DNA from: Callorhinchus milii
Taxonomy: Eukaryota
Assembly (NCBI RefSeq): GCF_018977255.1
Contig: NW_024704743.1
Location: 43,712,001 to 43,776,000 of the forward strand
DNA length: 64,000 nt
Direction of reading: 5' to 3'
The stretch's first letter is position 1. Each line of letters opens with the position of its first letter. Below the pieces are notes generated by a model. It made no database searches. It worked only from the letters and a program-made list of their open reading frames with translations, and had not been told where the DNA came from. The position numbers and the translations under genes are program-made. Shown here piece by piece: positions 1-11,063 of the stretch.

Positions 1-256
1 GCTGGATTTAGTTCTGGAAAATGAAGTGAGGCAAGTGGAGCAGGTTTCAGTAGGAGAGCCTCTGGATAACAGTGATCACAATATCATTAAGTTTAGAATA
101 ATTATGGAAAAGGACAACAATCCATCAAAGGTAAAGACCCTCAACTGAAAGCGGGCTAATTCCAGTGAGCTAATAAGGGACCTGGCCAAGATAGACTGGA
201 AAGAAAGATTGGCAGGAAAGACAGCAAATGAACAATGGGAAACCTTCAAGGAAGAG

Positions 257-577
257 ATAATAATAATAATAATAATCCTTGCATTTGATATAGCGCCTTT
301 CACGTCGGGAGGACGTCCCAAAGCGCTTCACAGAACACACTGTAAAGTGAATTGACTGTATATTTGTGGGCGAACGCGGCAGCCAATTGCGCACAGCAAT
401 GTCCCACAAACAGTCGTAGATTGAAAATGACCAATTTATTATTGTTTTTGGTTTTGGAGGGATTATTATTAGGCGTGTGGAGTAAGGAAACTTGCCCAAG
501 GTTTCGCCCTGCTTGGAATTGAACTCAGGTCTCTCACTTGCAAAGTGAGTGCACTAACCACTGAGCTACAGGACTCC
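257..577 (-). mobile_element. tRNA-Ala-like SINE (family A, short subfamily, young), full length, inserted in the CR1
   Basis: The minus strand begins GGAGTCCTGTAGCTCAGTGGTTAG (A box), then GAGTTCAATTCC (B box), and ends ATCAAATGCAAGG(ATT)n. GAGATA is duplicated at 254-259 and 580-585. Confidence 0.92.
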
Positions 578-930
578 CTGAGATAGTTCAGGGACAGAGC
601 AAATACATTCCCACCAAGGAGAAAGGTAGGACAGTCAAACCTACCTGGATGACTAAGGAAATTGGGATTAAAATAAAACAGAAAAAGCAGGCTTATGACA
701 AAATGTCAGGTCCAAAACACACAGGATAATCAAATAGAATATAAGAAGTACAGAGGAGAAGTGAAAAGGGAAATAAGAGGGGCAAAGAGATTGTACAAGA
801 AAAGATTAGCAGGAAACGTAAAAGGGAAACCTAAGGTATTTTATAAGCATATCAAGAGTAAAAGGTTAGTCAAAGGTAGGGTGGTCCAATTAGGGACCCA
901 AGTGGAAATCTTTTTGTCGAGGCAGAGGGC

Positions 931-2246
931 ATGGCTGATGTACTAAATAAGTACTTTGCAACTGCCTTCACGAAAGAAGATGATGCAACCAATGCCACAA
1001 TATCGCAGGCATGTGAACAGAAATTGGAAATGATAAAAATCAACAGAGGGGAGGTACTAAAAAGGCTGTTGGTGCTCAACATAGATAAGTCACCTGGTCC
1101 AGACAGGATGCATCCTAGGTTACTGAGGGAAGCAGGGGTGAAAATAGTGGAGACTCTGGCCACAATCTTTCAATCCTCTTTGGACACTGGAGTGGTGCCA
1201 GAGGACTCGAAGGTTGCAAATGTTACTCACCTGTACAAAAAGGGGCAGAAGGATAAACCTGAGAACTGCACGCCAATCAGCCTAACATCAGTAGGAGGGA
1301 AACTTCTGGAGACAATATAAATTCTCACTTCGAAAAATATGGTTTAATAAAGGACAGTCAACAAGGATTTGTTAAAGGCAGATCGTGTCTGACAAACTTA
1401 ATAGAATTTTTTGATGAAGTGACTGAGAGGGTAGATGAAGGTAGTGCAGTAGATGTAGTTTATCTAGATTTTCAAAAGGCATTTGACAAAGTGCCACATA
1501 AGAGATTTATAAACAAAATAGAAGAGCACGGTATTAAAGGGACTGTGGCAACATGGATCCAGAACTGGATAGGAGACAGAAAGCAGAGAGTGGTACTAAA
1601 TGGTTGCTTTTCTGACTGGAGGGAGGTGTGTAGTGGGGTCCACATAAGCAAATCTCTGAAGGTGGCAGGACAGGTAGATATAGCTATTAAAAAAGCATAT
1701 GGGATACCAGGTTTTATATATAGGAGCATAGAATTCAAAAGTCAGGAGGTTATGTTGAATATTTATAAAATGCTGGTTAGGCCTCAGTTGGAGTACTGCG
1801 TTCAGTTCTGGGCACCGCACTTTAGGAAAGATGTTAAGGCATTGGAGAGGATGCAAAAGAGGTTAACCAGGATGGTACCAGGAATGAAGGACCTTAGTTA
1901 CAAGGAGAGGTTAGCAAAACTAGGATTATTCTCCCTAGAGCAGAGAAGATTAAGAGGGGATTTAATAGAGGGTTTCAAGATCATGAGAGGATTTGATAGG
2001 TTGAACCGGGAAAAACACTGGCATGTGGGTCAGTAACCCGAGGACACTGATTTAAGATAGTTGTTAAAAGAAAGAGGGGAGGTTAGGAAAATGTTTTTCA
2101 CTCAGCGAGTTGTTCAGATGTGGAATGCATTACCGGAAAGGGTAGTGGAAGCCGATTCAATAACAACTTTTAAGAGAGAAGTAGATGGGTTTTTGGGGAG
2201 AACGGGATTGCAGGGCTATGGAGAGAAAGTGGGCCAGTGGGATTGA
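931..2246 (+). pseudogene. Disrupted CR1 ORF2 (reverse transcriptase and C-terminal region) spread over ORFs 931-1320, 1419-2036 and 2061-2246
   Basis: Consecutive RT motifs lie in different frames. The PQGSVLGP...FADD core is missing, deleted at about 1640. Confidence 0.9.
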
Positions 2247-3469
2247 GTTGGATTGCTCTTTTAGTAGCCGGCGCAGACGCGATGGGCCGAATGGCCTTTT
2301 TCTGTGCTGTGTGATTCTATGATTCTCGATGACAAACTGACATTCCGAGCCTTCTCATTTGTAACCTAACATGCAGTACATCTTGAGATATTAAACTGAT
2401 CCAACAAAGATGAAGGTCTCAAAAATATGCCACAAAAGGAAGAACATGGAAAACCTGTGGAATTATACTATATATGTCAGTAAAGCAAATTTGATGTAGA
2501 AATAAATCTAATTTTATCTTAAGGATTCAAATTTACTGCACAGAATGTCTGCTGTACTGGCTGCACAGAGGCTATCAGCTCTAGCAATTGGCTGAGACCA
2601 AAAAATTCACCAACTAACCTTTGTTGCGCCATTTGCATTACACTTTTTTCACCCACATCCTGAGATCACAATGTCATTGAAGTTATTTTCAAAATGAGCT
2701 GAGAATTTAAAGCAAAAGTCAGTCACAAGCGCTTGAATGACTGGAAAGACACAATATCACCACACAACTAATCCTATCCAGTAATGGGAATATGAGATAT
2801 AGAAAATGTGTTTGTTGGCTGTTCACATCACTGGGTTGCAAGAGAGGTACGGATGACAAAAGCTGTTTGACCCATTTGATCTCATTCTTCCAAAATACTC
2901 ATCCTAAAGCATCATAGCATCAAGCTATTTCTTAAACGTGTCCAGCATCCTGGCTCACCTAGACTCTACAGCACGGCAATAAGCCCTTTGATCTAACTAG
3001 TCCGTGCCAGTGTTAATGCTCCTCCACTCACAACTTACTCCCTCTCACATCCCTCTGTTCTCCTCTCCCCCATGTGAAGGTCTAACTCCTCCACCGCTCT
3101 TGAATCCAACCCCCAGCTCGGGAACAAAACCTCGACCATCCAGCACTTTAGAACACCTTCCTGACGTGACCAGGCACTGTATAAATCCAATTTGTCGTTG
3201 TTTCTCTTACAGCAGACACTATCTTCTGCAATCACCACTTTGGACAAAGAATTCCACATTCTCACAACCCTCAGCATGATGTAGTTCCTCATAAATTCCC
3301 TTTTCAAATCTCCTAGTTGCTATTCTATATGCTATTTGGCTTGAACCACCGTTCCTGATAATCAAATGAGTACACAATCACTACACCTCACAGTAAAATT
3401 ATTTGAGGTGCTTTGAGACATCTTGACAGTGTGTTAAGGTGCTATATCAAATGGAAGAATTATTATGTA

Positions 3470-4075
3470 ATCCATATAATTACTTTGTGAAAAAATACTT
3501 TCTGGCATCTGTCTTGAAATTGCCTTTCACAAACCTGAACATGTGCCCTCTTGTCCTGTGCCTTGGTGTATCTGAAAGTATTGTTCTGGCTTCACATGTT
3601 ATAATAATAATAATAATAATAATAATCCTTGCATTTGATATAGCGCTTTTCACGTCGGGAGGACGTCCCAAAGCGCTTCACAGAACATACTGTAAAGTGA
3701 ATTGACTGTATATTTGTGGGCGAAAGCGGCAGCCAATTGCGCAGAGCAATGTCCGACAAACAGTCATAGATTGAAAATGACCAATTTATTATTTTTTGGG
3801 GGGTTTTTGGAGGGATTATTATTAGGCGTGTGGAGTAAGGAAACTTGCCCAAGGTTTCGCCCTGCCTGGAATTGAACTCAGGTCTCTCGCTTGCAAAGCG
3901 AGTGCTCTAACCACTGGGCTACAGGACTCCACTCAATCCATTTAACATTGCATATAACTGAATAAGGTTCACTCTGATACAACCTTATGCAAAGCTGAAG
4001 AGCCATAGCTTATCTATTTGTTTTCAAACAGTTCATTCCAAGATCACTGGGAATCATCCTCTTGCTCTCCTCTGC
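3470..4075 (-). mobile_element. Degraded CR1 ORF2 3' fragment, split by a SINE at 3601-3930
   Basis: Minus-strand translation includes RTRGHMFRFVKGNFKTDARKYFF. CR1-like sequence resumes on the far side of the SINE. Confidence 0.75.
3601..3930 (-). mobile_element. tRNA-Ala-like SINE (family A, short subfamily, young), full length
   Basis: Nearly identical to 257-577, with about a dozen substitutions and one T/G-tract indel by eye. A box, B box and (ATT)n tail are present. Confidence 0.92.
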
Positions 4076-4329
4076 ACCGTCTCTAGGGTAACACAATGAC
4101 CAGAATTGACAAAGATTTCCAAATAAAGTACAGCACGAAAATAGGCTGTTCATCCCAACCAGTCCATGCCGATGTTTGTACCTCACATGAGTCTTCACCC
4201 ATTCCTTACGCCCTCCCATATCATGTCATGTTTCCCTCTCCCTCATGTGAAGATTTAGCTTCCTCTTCAATGCATCTTTACTATCTGTACACAATCTCTA
4301 ATTGCAGTTTAACTGCAGAACATGATCTT

Positions 4330-4750
4330 GACCACTACTTGAGCATGGTATCTGGTTCATTGGTAGGTCTTGGAGGGGCAGAACAGTCACCGAGAGCAGG
4401 GTTTCTTCCCACTTAGCTTCTGCAAAGCCCTAACAGTCCTCGTTGGACAAGCAGCAGGAAGCTTACCAGATAGTGCTCTCAATGGCAAACTATGAATTTT
4501 CACCTGTTTCCCCAACACATACTGTGGGGTCCCCAATCTCTGATTCTTGCTGATCTGTGCTTAATACTCTCCCTGATTAGGTAAGCAGAGTACATCCTTC
4601 CAGAGAGAGAGAGAGTGAGCATTCCATTCCAGACATCAGGAAATTTCCATGCATGGTAGTATACATATGTGGAACTCTTATTCTGGTTCTAATGCTCATT
4701 TATGATGATGGATTTCTGCATGTGTGAGACAATTGGCTGGCCAAAAAAAA
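4330..4750 (+). mobile_element. Unclassified old interspersed repeat, A-tailed orientation (family U)
   Basis: Its reverse complement aligns by eye with 26490-26750, 40215-40600 and 55812-56065. It ends GGCC(A)8. Confidence 0.65.
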
Positions 4751-4859
4751 TGGCATCTGGAGATCTGAACGCAACTGATTTGTAGTGCAGTATAGACCAT
4801 CATCCTATACACTTTGCTTATAACTGACTCATACTGTTGTGAGTAACAAGTAACCTATC

Positions 4860-5205
4860 ACCCTAGGTCTTTTTCAACTTCCCCTTCCCTCTGCTAACCC
4901 CTTATCAACCTGTCCACTCCTTCCACTCAGGTTCTGAATCATCATTGGCGGTCGGGTCTTCAGCCTCGCTGCCCTCACTCTTTGGAATTTCATCTCACAT
5001 TCCTTTTGCCTTGCTTCCTCCCTTGCTTCCTTCAAGTCATGTCTCAAGACCTCCTCTTAGACCATGCCTTCGGTCACCCTCCTACCCTCCCTGCCCTCCA
5101 CCCTCCCTTACCGCAGCCCCCTTCCCTGCTTAGGTCCGTGACTGTCCAGCGCCTCGGGACATCATCCCGATGTGAAAGGTGCTATTCAAATGTAATTTTG
5201 TATTG
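4860..5205 (+). mobile_element. L2-clade LINE 3' end fragment
   Basis: C-rich sequence with GTCTCAAGACCTCCTCTT and the tail GGGACATCATCCCGATGTGAAAGGTGCTATTCAAATGTAATTTTG, shared with the other L2 copies. Confidence 0.8.
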
Positions 5206-7419
5206 TATAATATTTTTATAGTATAAGCTACAAAGTGCTTTAGAATGTCTTCCTGATGTGAAAGGCACTATATCAAATGTAAGGATTATGATCATTATTA
5301 TTATAATGATATGGAGACACTGCTTGGTGAAGGTAGCTATATAAATACAGGTTGTTGTTTTTGTCATTGTTGAATAACAATTGTCAGGAACATTTTACAT
5401 CAGCAAAACCTCAGTCTGACATCACAATTGATGAATTTCATTATCCAAAGTCAATCAAAATCACTATTCGCTATCAATGTTGTGTATCTAGCTATTTTAA
5501 CTCTGGTGGAAATTATCATGTAGTTAATGGGGCATTAATAGAAGGACCAGCCTGAACAATGGAATGAAACTGCAAAAGCCAAGAATAAAAATGAAATGAA
5601 TTAAATTATCAGCAACATTTTATGTGTTCCTAATGAGTTGACATATACTGGAGAACTAATGACCACAAAAGGAGTTAGCTCTTTCAATGGAAAGCACTGG
5701 ATTTCTGTTGTGTTGACAATTCACTCACAATAACATCATACATTATGAGAAGCATTGAAAGATCGAGTACAGAAACATTTGTTCACTGTTTTCCAATATT
5801 ATCTCATTTTCAGCATTGTTTTTTGCTTTACAAATCTGACTTAAAGCATTCTGCCTACTGAAGGAATCCCATTTGTTTAACAGATGTGCCCAATATTATA
5901 AAACACAAGTAACTGCATTGTTTCTGCATGATTCACTTAGGTCTATCCATTGGCAAAGTAGTTTAATCCTAAAATAGATTCCATTGAAGTAAAGATACCT
6001 CCTAGTGAACCGACTTTATGATAAGGATCTTGAGACGGGTCTTGAAAGAGGCAAGGGAGTGGGCAAGGGATATTTGTGAGACACTGCAGTGCGCAATTGG
6101 CTGCCCGTTTCGCCCACAGAATATACAGTCAATTCATTTTACAGTGTATCCTGCAAAGCGCTTTGAGATGTATCGAAACTGTGATAAGATGTTATATCAA
6201 ATGCAAAATTTATTATTATCACAGCATTAAGCCTCAGCCACCTTCTTAGCAACCTGTTCCAGTCATTAATTACATCACATACTAGCTCCTAAATGCTGAG
6301 ATGCTTAGAGTGACACTTTTCAATTCATGGCAAATCGGCTCAATTGTTTCAGTAACTACCTTTTAGAGAAAGTTGAGGACCTGGTGGTGTTAACAACTGA
6401 GATATGGCACTAATTCTAATATTGAATATCACCCCAAGTGGATTTTTTAAAAAACTTTAAGACAGGAGTAAAGAGACAGCCAAGAATCTGTGCCAGTGCA
6501 TACCTAGTTAAACCTAATTAATAATCCATCAAATAATGGACTAGACCAAAATTTGTGAGCATATTTTACATCATAAATTACAGTCATTCTGTACTCAGTG
6601 GAAAACATGATGATTTAGAGCAAATAGTGTCAGCTGTTTTTTTTTGTTTCATTCTGCTGCACAGTTGATGTCAAAGTGAATAAAACCACAGTAAATTGAG
6701 ATGGAAGGACACTGAGTAATTAAAATGTGACATTGGCTCCTTCTTTCCAAAGATGAGCAGGACTGACTGGTTATCTGACAACTTATTTTATGATGGCAGC
6801 ATCTGGATCCAAATTTTTCCAACGAACAGCTGGCGTTGGTGATCAAACTTGTAATTTCATTGACTATGGTCAATGAATGTGTATATTGTTATTACGGTTT
6901 CATGCATTGCAGAGATATTATTCCCTGCATGTGAACCAGCGTGAACCAATGCATTGACTGGGTCTATTTCTACAGGTAGCATTGAAAAAAAGATCAAACA
7001 CAAATTGTTTGATGTGAGAATGCTCTACGTTCCATTGCCAGCCACTTCCAAGCTGCCATTTCACATCAGTAAAAACATTCAGATGTCAAAACAATTATTC
7101 GAACCCTGCCTCTACTTTCTTACAAATGTACCCAACTGGAGATAGATGACATTGATTGTATAACCTGCTGGATTATTCAGATTCAAATCACATTGCACAA
7201 TTTTTAAAACATAATTTGTCCAGTTGTAAAAGACAGACATACCTCAGCAGACTATTTAAAAAGGGAATTACAGAAAGCTGCAAAAGATGGTCTCCTGATT
7301 CTAGCTCTTGACTCTAGCCAAGACCACCCATTACCTCAGGAGAACATTTGCATATTCTGTGGATACTGTATATCCCATTCACATAACTGGACAGAATTGA
7401 TTATGTGGCAACATTATAA

Positions 7420-7823
7420 TATTAAGCCTTATATTCTGTAGCCCCCTTTATGTCAGGATGATGTCTCAAAGCGCTTCTTAGGATATAATGTAAAAAGGAG
7501 CAACTTTGTATTTTATGAGTGAACACAATAGTCAGTTTGCACACAGCAATGCCCCATGATCAGCCATGGAGTGAATAACTAATGCGGGATTATTGGCCAG
7601 GCCACCAGGAGAAACTCTCTTCTCTTTTTGAGTAGTGCAATGGGATCTTTAAAGCCCCCTGAACAGGCCTACAGGACCTCAGTTTACAGTTAACAATATA
7701 AACCATACTCACTTCATTGGAGCATCAGCCTTGACAATGTGAGTTCAAAATCCCAAGGTGGGGCATGAACCCACAACCTTCTGATTCAAAGGCAAGAATG
7801 CTGCCAACTTAGCTAGGTGACAC
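7420..7823 (-). mobile_element. DeuSINE/SacSINE1-like SINE (family D)
   Basis: The minus strand has a tRNA-derived head (TTGGCAGCATTC...CAGAAGGTTGTGGGTTCA), the central AAAGATCCCATTGCACTA...TCTCCTGGTGGCCTGGCCAATA block and an L2-like tail. Confidence 0.75.
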
Positions 7824-7963
7824 ACATTTACTTTTCCAGGAAAATACATAGTCAACACAAAAACAGTTTGCATTAAGCAATGATGGCATCACCTCCACAT
7901 TTTAAAAGCTCTCTTTCCTTTTTTCCCACTCAGCCCAGACTATTATTTATTTTTCTGCAACCT

Positions 7964-8315
7964 TAATAATAATCCTTGCATTTGATATAGAGTCTTATCA
8001 CATCTTCGAGACATCTCAAGGTACTTCACAGAATATACTGAATTGACTGTATACTTTTGTGTGCAAAATGTGGCAGCCAATTGTGCACAGAGTATCCCAC
8101 AAACAGCTATGACCAAATTATTATATTTTTAAATTGTTTTTGAAGGGATGATTACCTCCAAAAAGCAATTCACCAATCAATTAACAGCCAGGTTCCTACT
8201 TACTGCTAGGTAAACAGAGGCACGTGGAGTAAGGCAACTTGCCCAAGGTTTCGCCCTGCCCAGGAATCAAACCCAGGTCCTTTTGCTTGTGAGGTGAATC
8301 CTAGCCACTGAGCTA
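7964..8315 (-). mobile_element. Family A SINE, long subfamily
   Basis: Same head and tail as 257-577 plus the extra CTGTTTACCTAGCAGTAAGTAGGAACC block. Confidence 0.85.
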
Positions 8316-8407
8316 AATTATAGACTTCAGAAGCAGAGAATCCCGACCAGACCCAATACTGGTGTCAGATCTCTCGATCCTCTACAATAAATACTTCCAA
8401 ACCTTAA

Positions 8408-8613
8408 CTAATAATAAAAATCCTTCCATTTGATACAGCGCTTTATCACATCTCGGAGATGTCTCAAAGCGCTTCACAGAGTATACTGTAAATAATATAA
8501 TAATAATAATAATAATCTTTGCATTTGATATAGCGCTTTTCACGTCGGGAGGACGTCCCAAAGCGCTTCACAGAACACACTGTAAAGTGAATTGACTGTG
8601 ATTTTGTGGGGGA
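8408..8613 (-). mobile_element. Two stacked 3' fragments of family A SINE (8408-8495 and 8497-8613)
   Basis: The tail motif TTGCATTTGATATAGCGCT...AAAGCGCTTCACAGA occurs twice, each time with an AAT-rich tail. Confidence 0.8.
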
Positions 8614-8989
8614 ATCTTAAATTTTAAGACAAAATGATCACACTGAGTGGACTGGGTGAAATTTGAACCTTAAAAATATAGTTATTTTACAATGTTAACA
8701 TTCATATTGTTTCAGACAGTAATGTGGCTGATAAAATACAAAATTGACATTTAGTTTTAAATGTCTCATATATATGGTTAGATATATTTTAAACCTCTTA
8801 AAATTAAATGCACATACTTTACCTAAAAATACATTGCAAACATAAGAGCAAAAATCAAAAGGAGATGATCCAAGCTGAGCAAATTCATTACCCCACAAAA
8901 TAAATGTAGGAGTATTTAACAGAACACAAGATTTTATAAGAACAGGCAAAGACCATGAGTTCAAATAATCCTGATTCAAATTTATCATC

Positions 8990-9700
8990 AGTCACCATTG
9001 ACGTTCTCTCTATCTATGACCAGGGCTTCTTTGCCTCTCATTCCTTCCGATCTCTGCTGCCTTCGACACTGTTGATCATTCTATCCTTCTCCACCACTTC
9101 TTCTCTCAGCTCCAGCTTCACGGTTCTGTTCTCTCCTGGCTTCATTCTTGCCTATCCCAGCATCTTGATTTTGTCTTCTCAAATGGCTTCTCCTCCTGTC
9201 CTAAACCATCATGTGTGGCGTTCCTCAGGGCTCTAACCTTGGTCCTCTCCTCTTTAATATTTATAATCTCCCGCTCCCGTTATTTTCCCCATCTATGTGG
9301 ATGACACCCAACTTTATCTCTCTGCCTCCACCCTCAATTCCAGGACCAATGCTGTTCTGACTGATTGTCTGTCAGACATCAAGCCCTGGATGAGCTCAAA
9401 CTTTCTCCTGTTGAATGTCAACAAGATGGAGGCTTTCCTGCTTGGCTCCAGTCAATGCCTTCTCATCTCAGGCTGACAGCATCAAACTACTTGGTTGCAC
9501 ATTCCCCTCGCAGAGGTTGTGCAGAAGCTCAGTGTTCTGTTCAACTCTCAACTGTCCTTTAAACCTCATATCCATGCTCGGAGCCACTCAGCTTTCCCCC
9601 ACCTCCGTAAAATTGCCCGCCTCTGCCACTAACCCTTCCCTTGGTCTGCCGAGAGCCTAATCCACACATTCATGATGTCCAGACTAGATTATGCCAATAT
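8990..9700 (+). mobile_element. Degraded L2-clade LINE reverse transcriptase region
   Basis: Remnants translate to [34 protein letters not shown] and SRLDYAN, with many frameshifts. Confidence 0.85.
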
Positions 9701-10726
9701 GAGGATTTCCAATGGAAAATATTTTTCTGGTTTGAATAAATACAAGTAGTTTGCCTGTTTAGCTATGTATTTATATAATTTGCTTCAATAGCCATACCTG
9801 GTAACTTATTCCATAAGTCTATTACCCTTTTTGTTTCACAAAATACCAGCCAACTTCTCTTCAGGGTCGTAATGTTCTCATTTTTGTTTGAACTACAAGA
9901 TAGAAATATATAGAACTGTAAACCTACTCAGCAAACCAACATAAAATGTTAACTCATCATCTTCAGAACAAGTTAACATAAGGAGCTGTCAAATTATATG
10001 ACAATCATACAATATTGTGAGAGAACAGAATGATCTAGTATAAAAACATGTAAAAAGAGAGTCCAAAATAACATCTGCGTGTGATAGAACTAAAGGCCAA
10101 ACTAGACAGATCTGGCAGACAGTTTGCTAATTAAAATAGTTCAGAGGAAGAGTACATATTAAAATGAGCATGACCCACCAAAAAGCACATCACTTTCCAC
10201 GCTTTCACTCATCCAATTCATTGCATAACATTATTGATATTCAACTGGATGCAACATTATAACAGACAGACAATTGTATTTGTTATAGTGCCTTTCAAAC
10301 AAAGGTATTTCAAAGCATTTTACAGGATTGATTGCAAAGTATATTGACTGTGTGTTTTGTAAGCAAATGTGTTATATATCAGTAGATGAAAAGTTGCAGA
10401 CTGGTTCTTGCTCAGAGATCAGCAACTTGTTCTATCCATCGTGTTGTCAACTTCTTCTTTAAATAATCAATTCTTACAGTACTGGATTGTTCTGCCATTT
10501 GACTTGTTGATCAGTTCTCTGGTTTCTACCATTTTCAAGCGTGTTTTGGTTATGACCCTATATCTGTTCACTGTCCTATCTTCAGATTACTAATACATTA
10601 TTAGCTGATTGCTAATACATTATTAGCTGATTTAGGACTGATCTAAATCAACCTAAATCGTAGGACCTATTTAGATTGATTAATTCACACTTACTTGTAC
10701 ATTCAATTTTGATCTTACAATTGAGA

Positions 10727-11063
10727 TTGACACTCTAATGTAGTGCAGGGGATGTGCTGCAATGTCGGAAGTGCTGTCCTTCATAATAGGACGTTTAAAC
10801 CAAGGTTCAACTGTCTGTTCAGGTGGATATTAAATATTCCATGGCACTATTCGAAAAGAGAATGGAGTTTCGCCCGGTTTCCTGACCAATAGCTCCTCAG
10901 ATAAAATTGGGTATTCACTTTATAGCTGTTTGTGAAACATTGCTGGGCACCAATTAGCTGCTGCTTTCGCCTTCAAAATAAAGTTTTACTACACTTTACT
11001 GTGAATCCTGTGAAACACTTTGAGATGTTTGATGACCTTCGTAAGGCACTACATCGAATGCAA
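10727..11063 (+). mobile_element. Family D SINE, 5'-truncated
   Basis: Contains GTTCAGGTGGATATTAAATATTCCATGGCACTATTCGAA and the shared tail. Confidence 0.7.

Larger units (their letters stand above)
1..2326 (+). mobile_element. CR1-clade LINE, ORF2 region plus 3' end; inactive, runs off the window start
   Basis: Translations show CR1 ORF2 motifs: LDNSDHNIIKF (end of APE endonuclease), DKSPGPDRMHPRLLRE, PISLTSVGGKLLE, VDVVYLDFQKAFDKVPH, VRPQLEYCVQFWAPH, LEQRRLRGDLIE, FFTQRVVQMWNALP. The 3' end is ATGGGCCGAATGGCCT...GTGATTCTATGATTCT. It carries stops, frameshifts and a SINE insertion at 257-577. Confidence 0.95.

Noticed and set aside
3855..3930. tRNA-Ala(TGC) gene
   Set aside because: The cloverleaf is the head of a multi-copy SINE. 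It continues into the SINE body and (ATT)n tail, and the copies carry scattered stem mutations.
6592..6718. C/D box snoRNA (ATGATGA near 6607, CTGA at 6712, 9-bp inverted repeat TACTCAGTG/CACTGAGTA)
   Set aside because: The stem would bury the D box and is offset from the C box, which is not canonical geometry. I recognise no rRNA antisense element.
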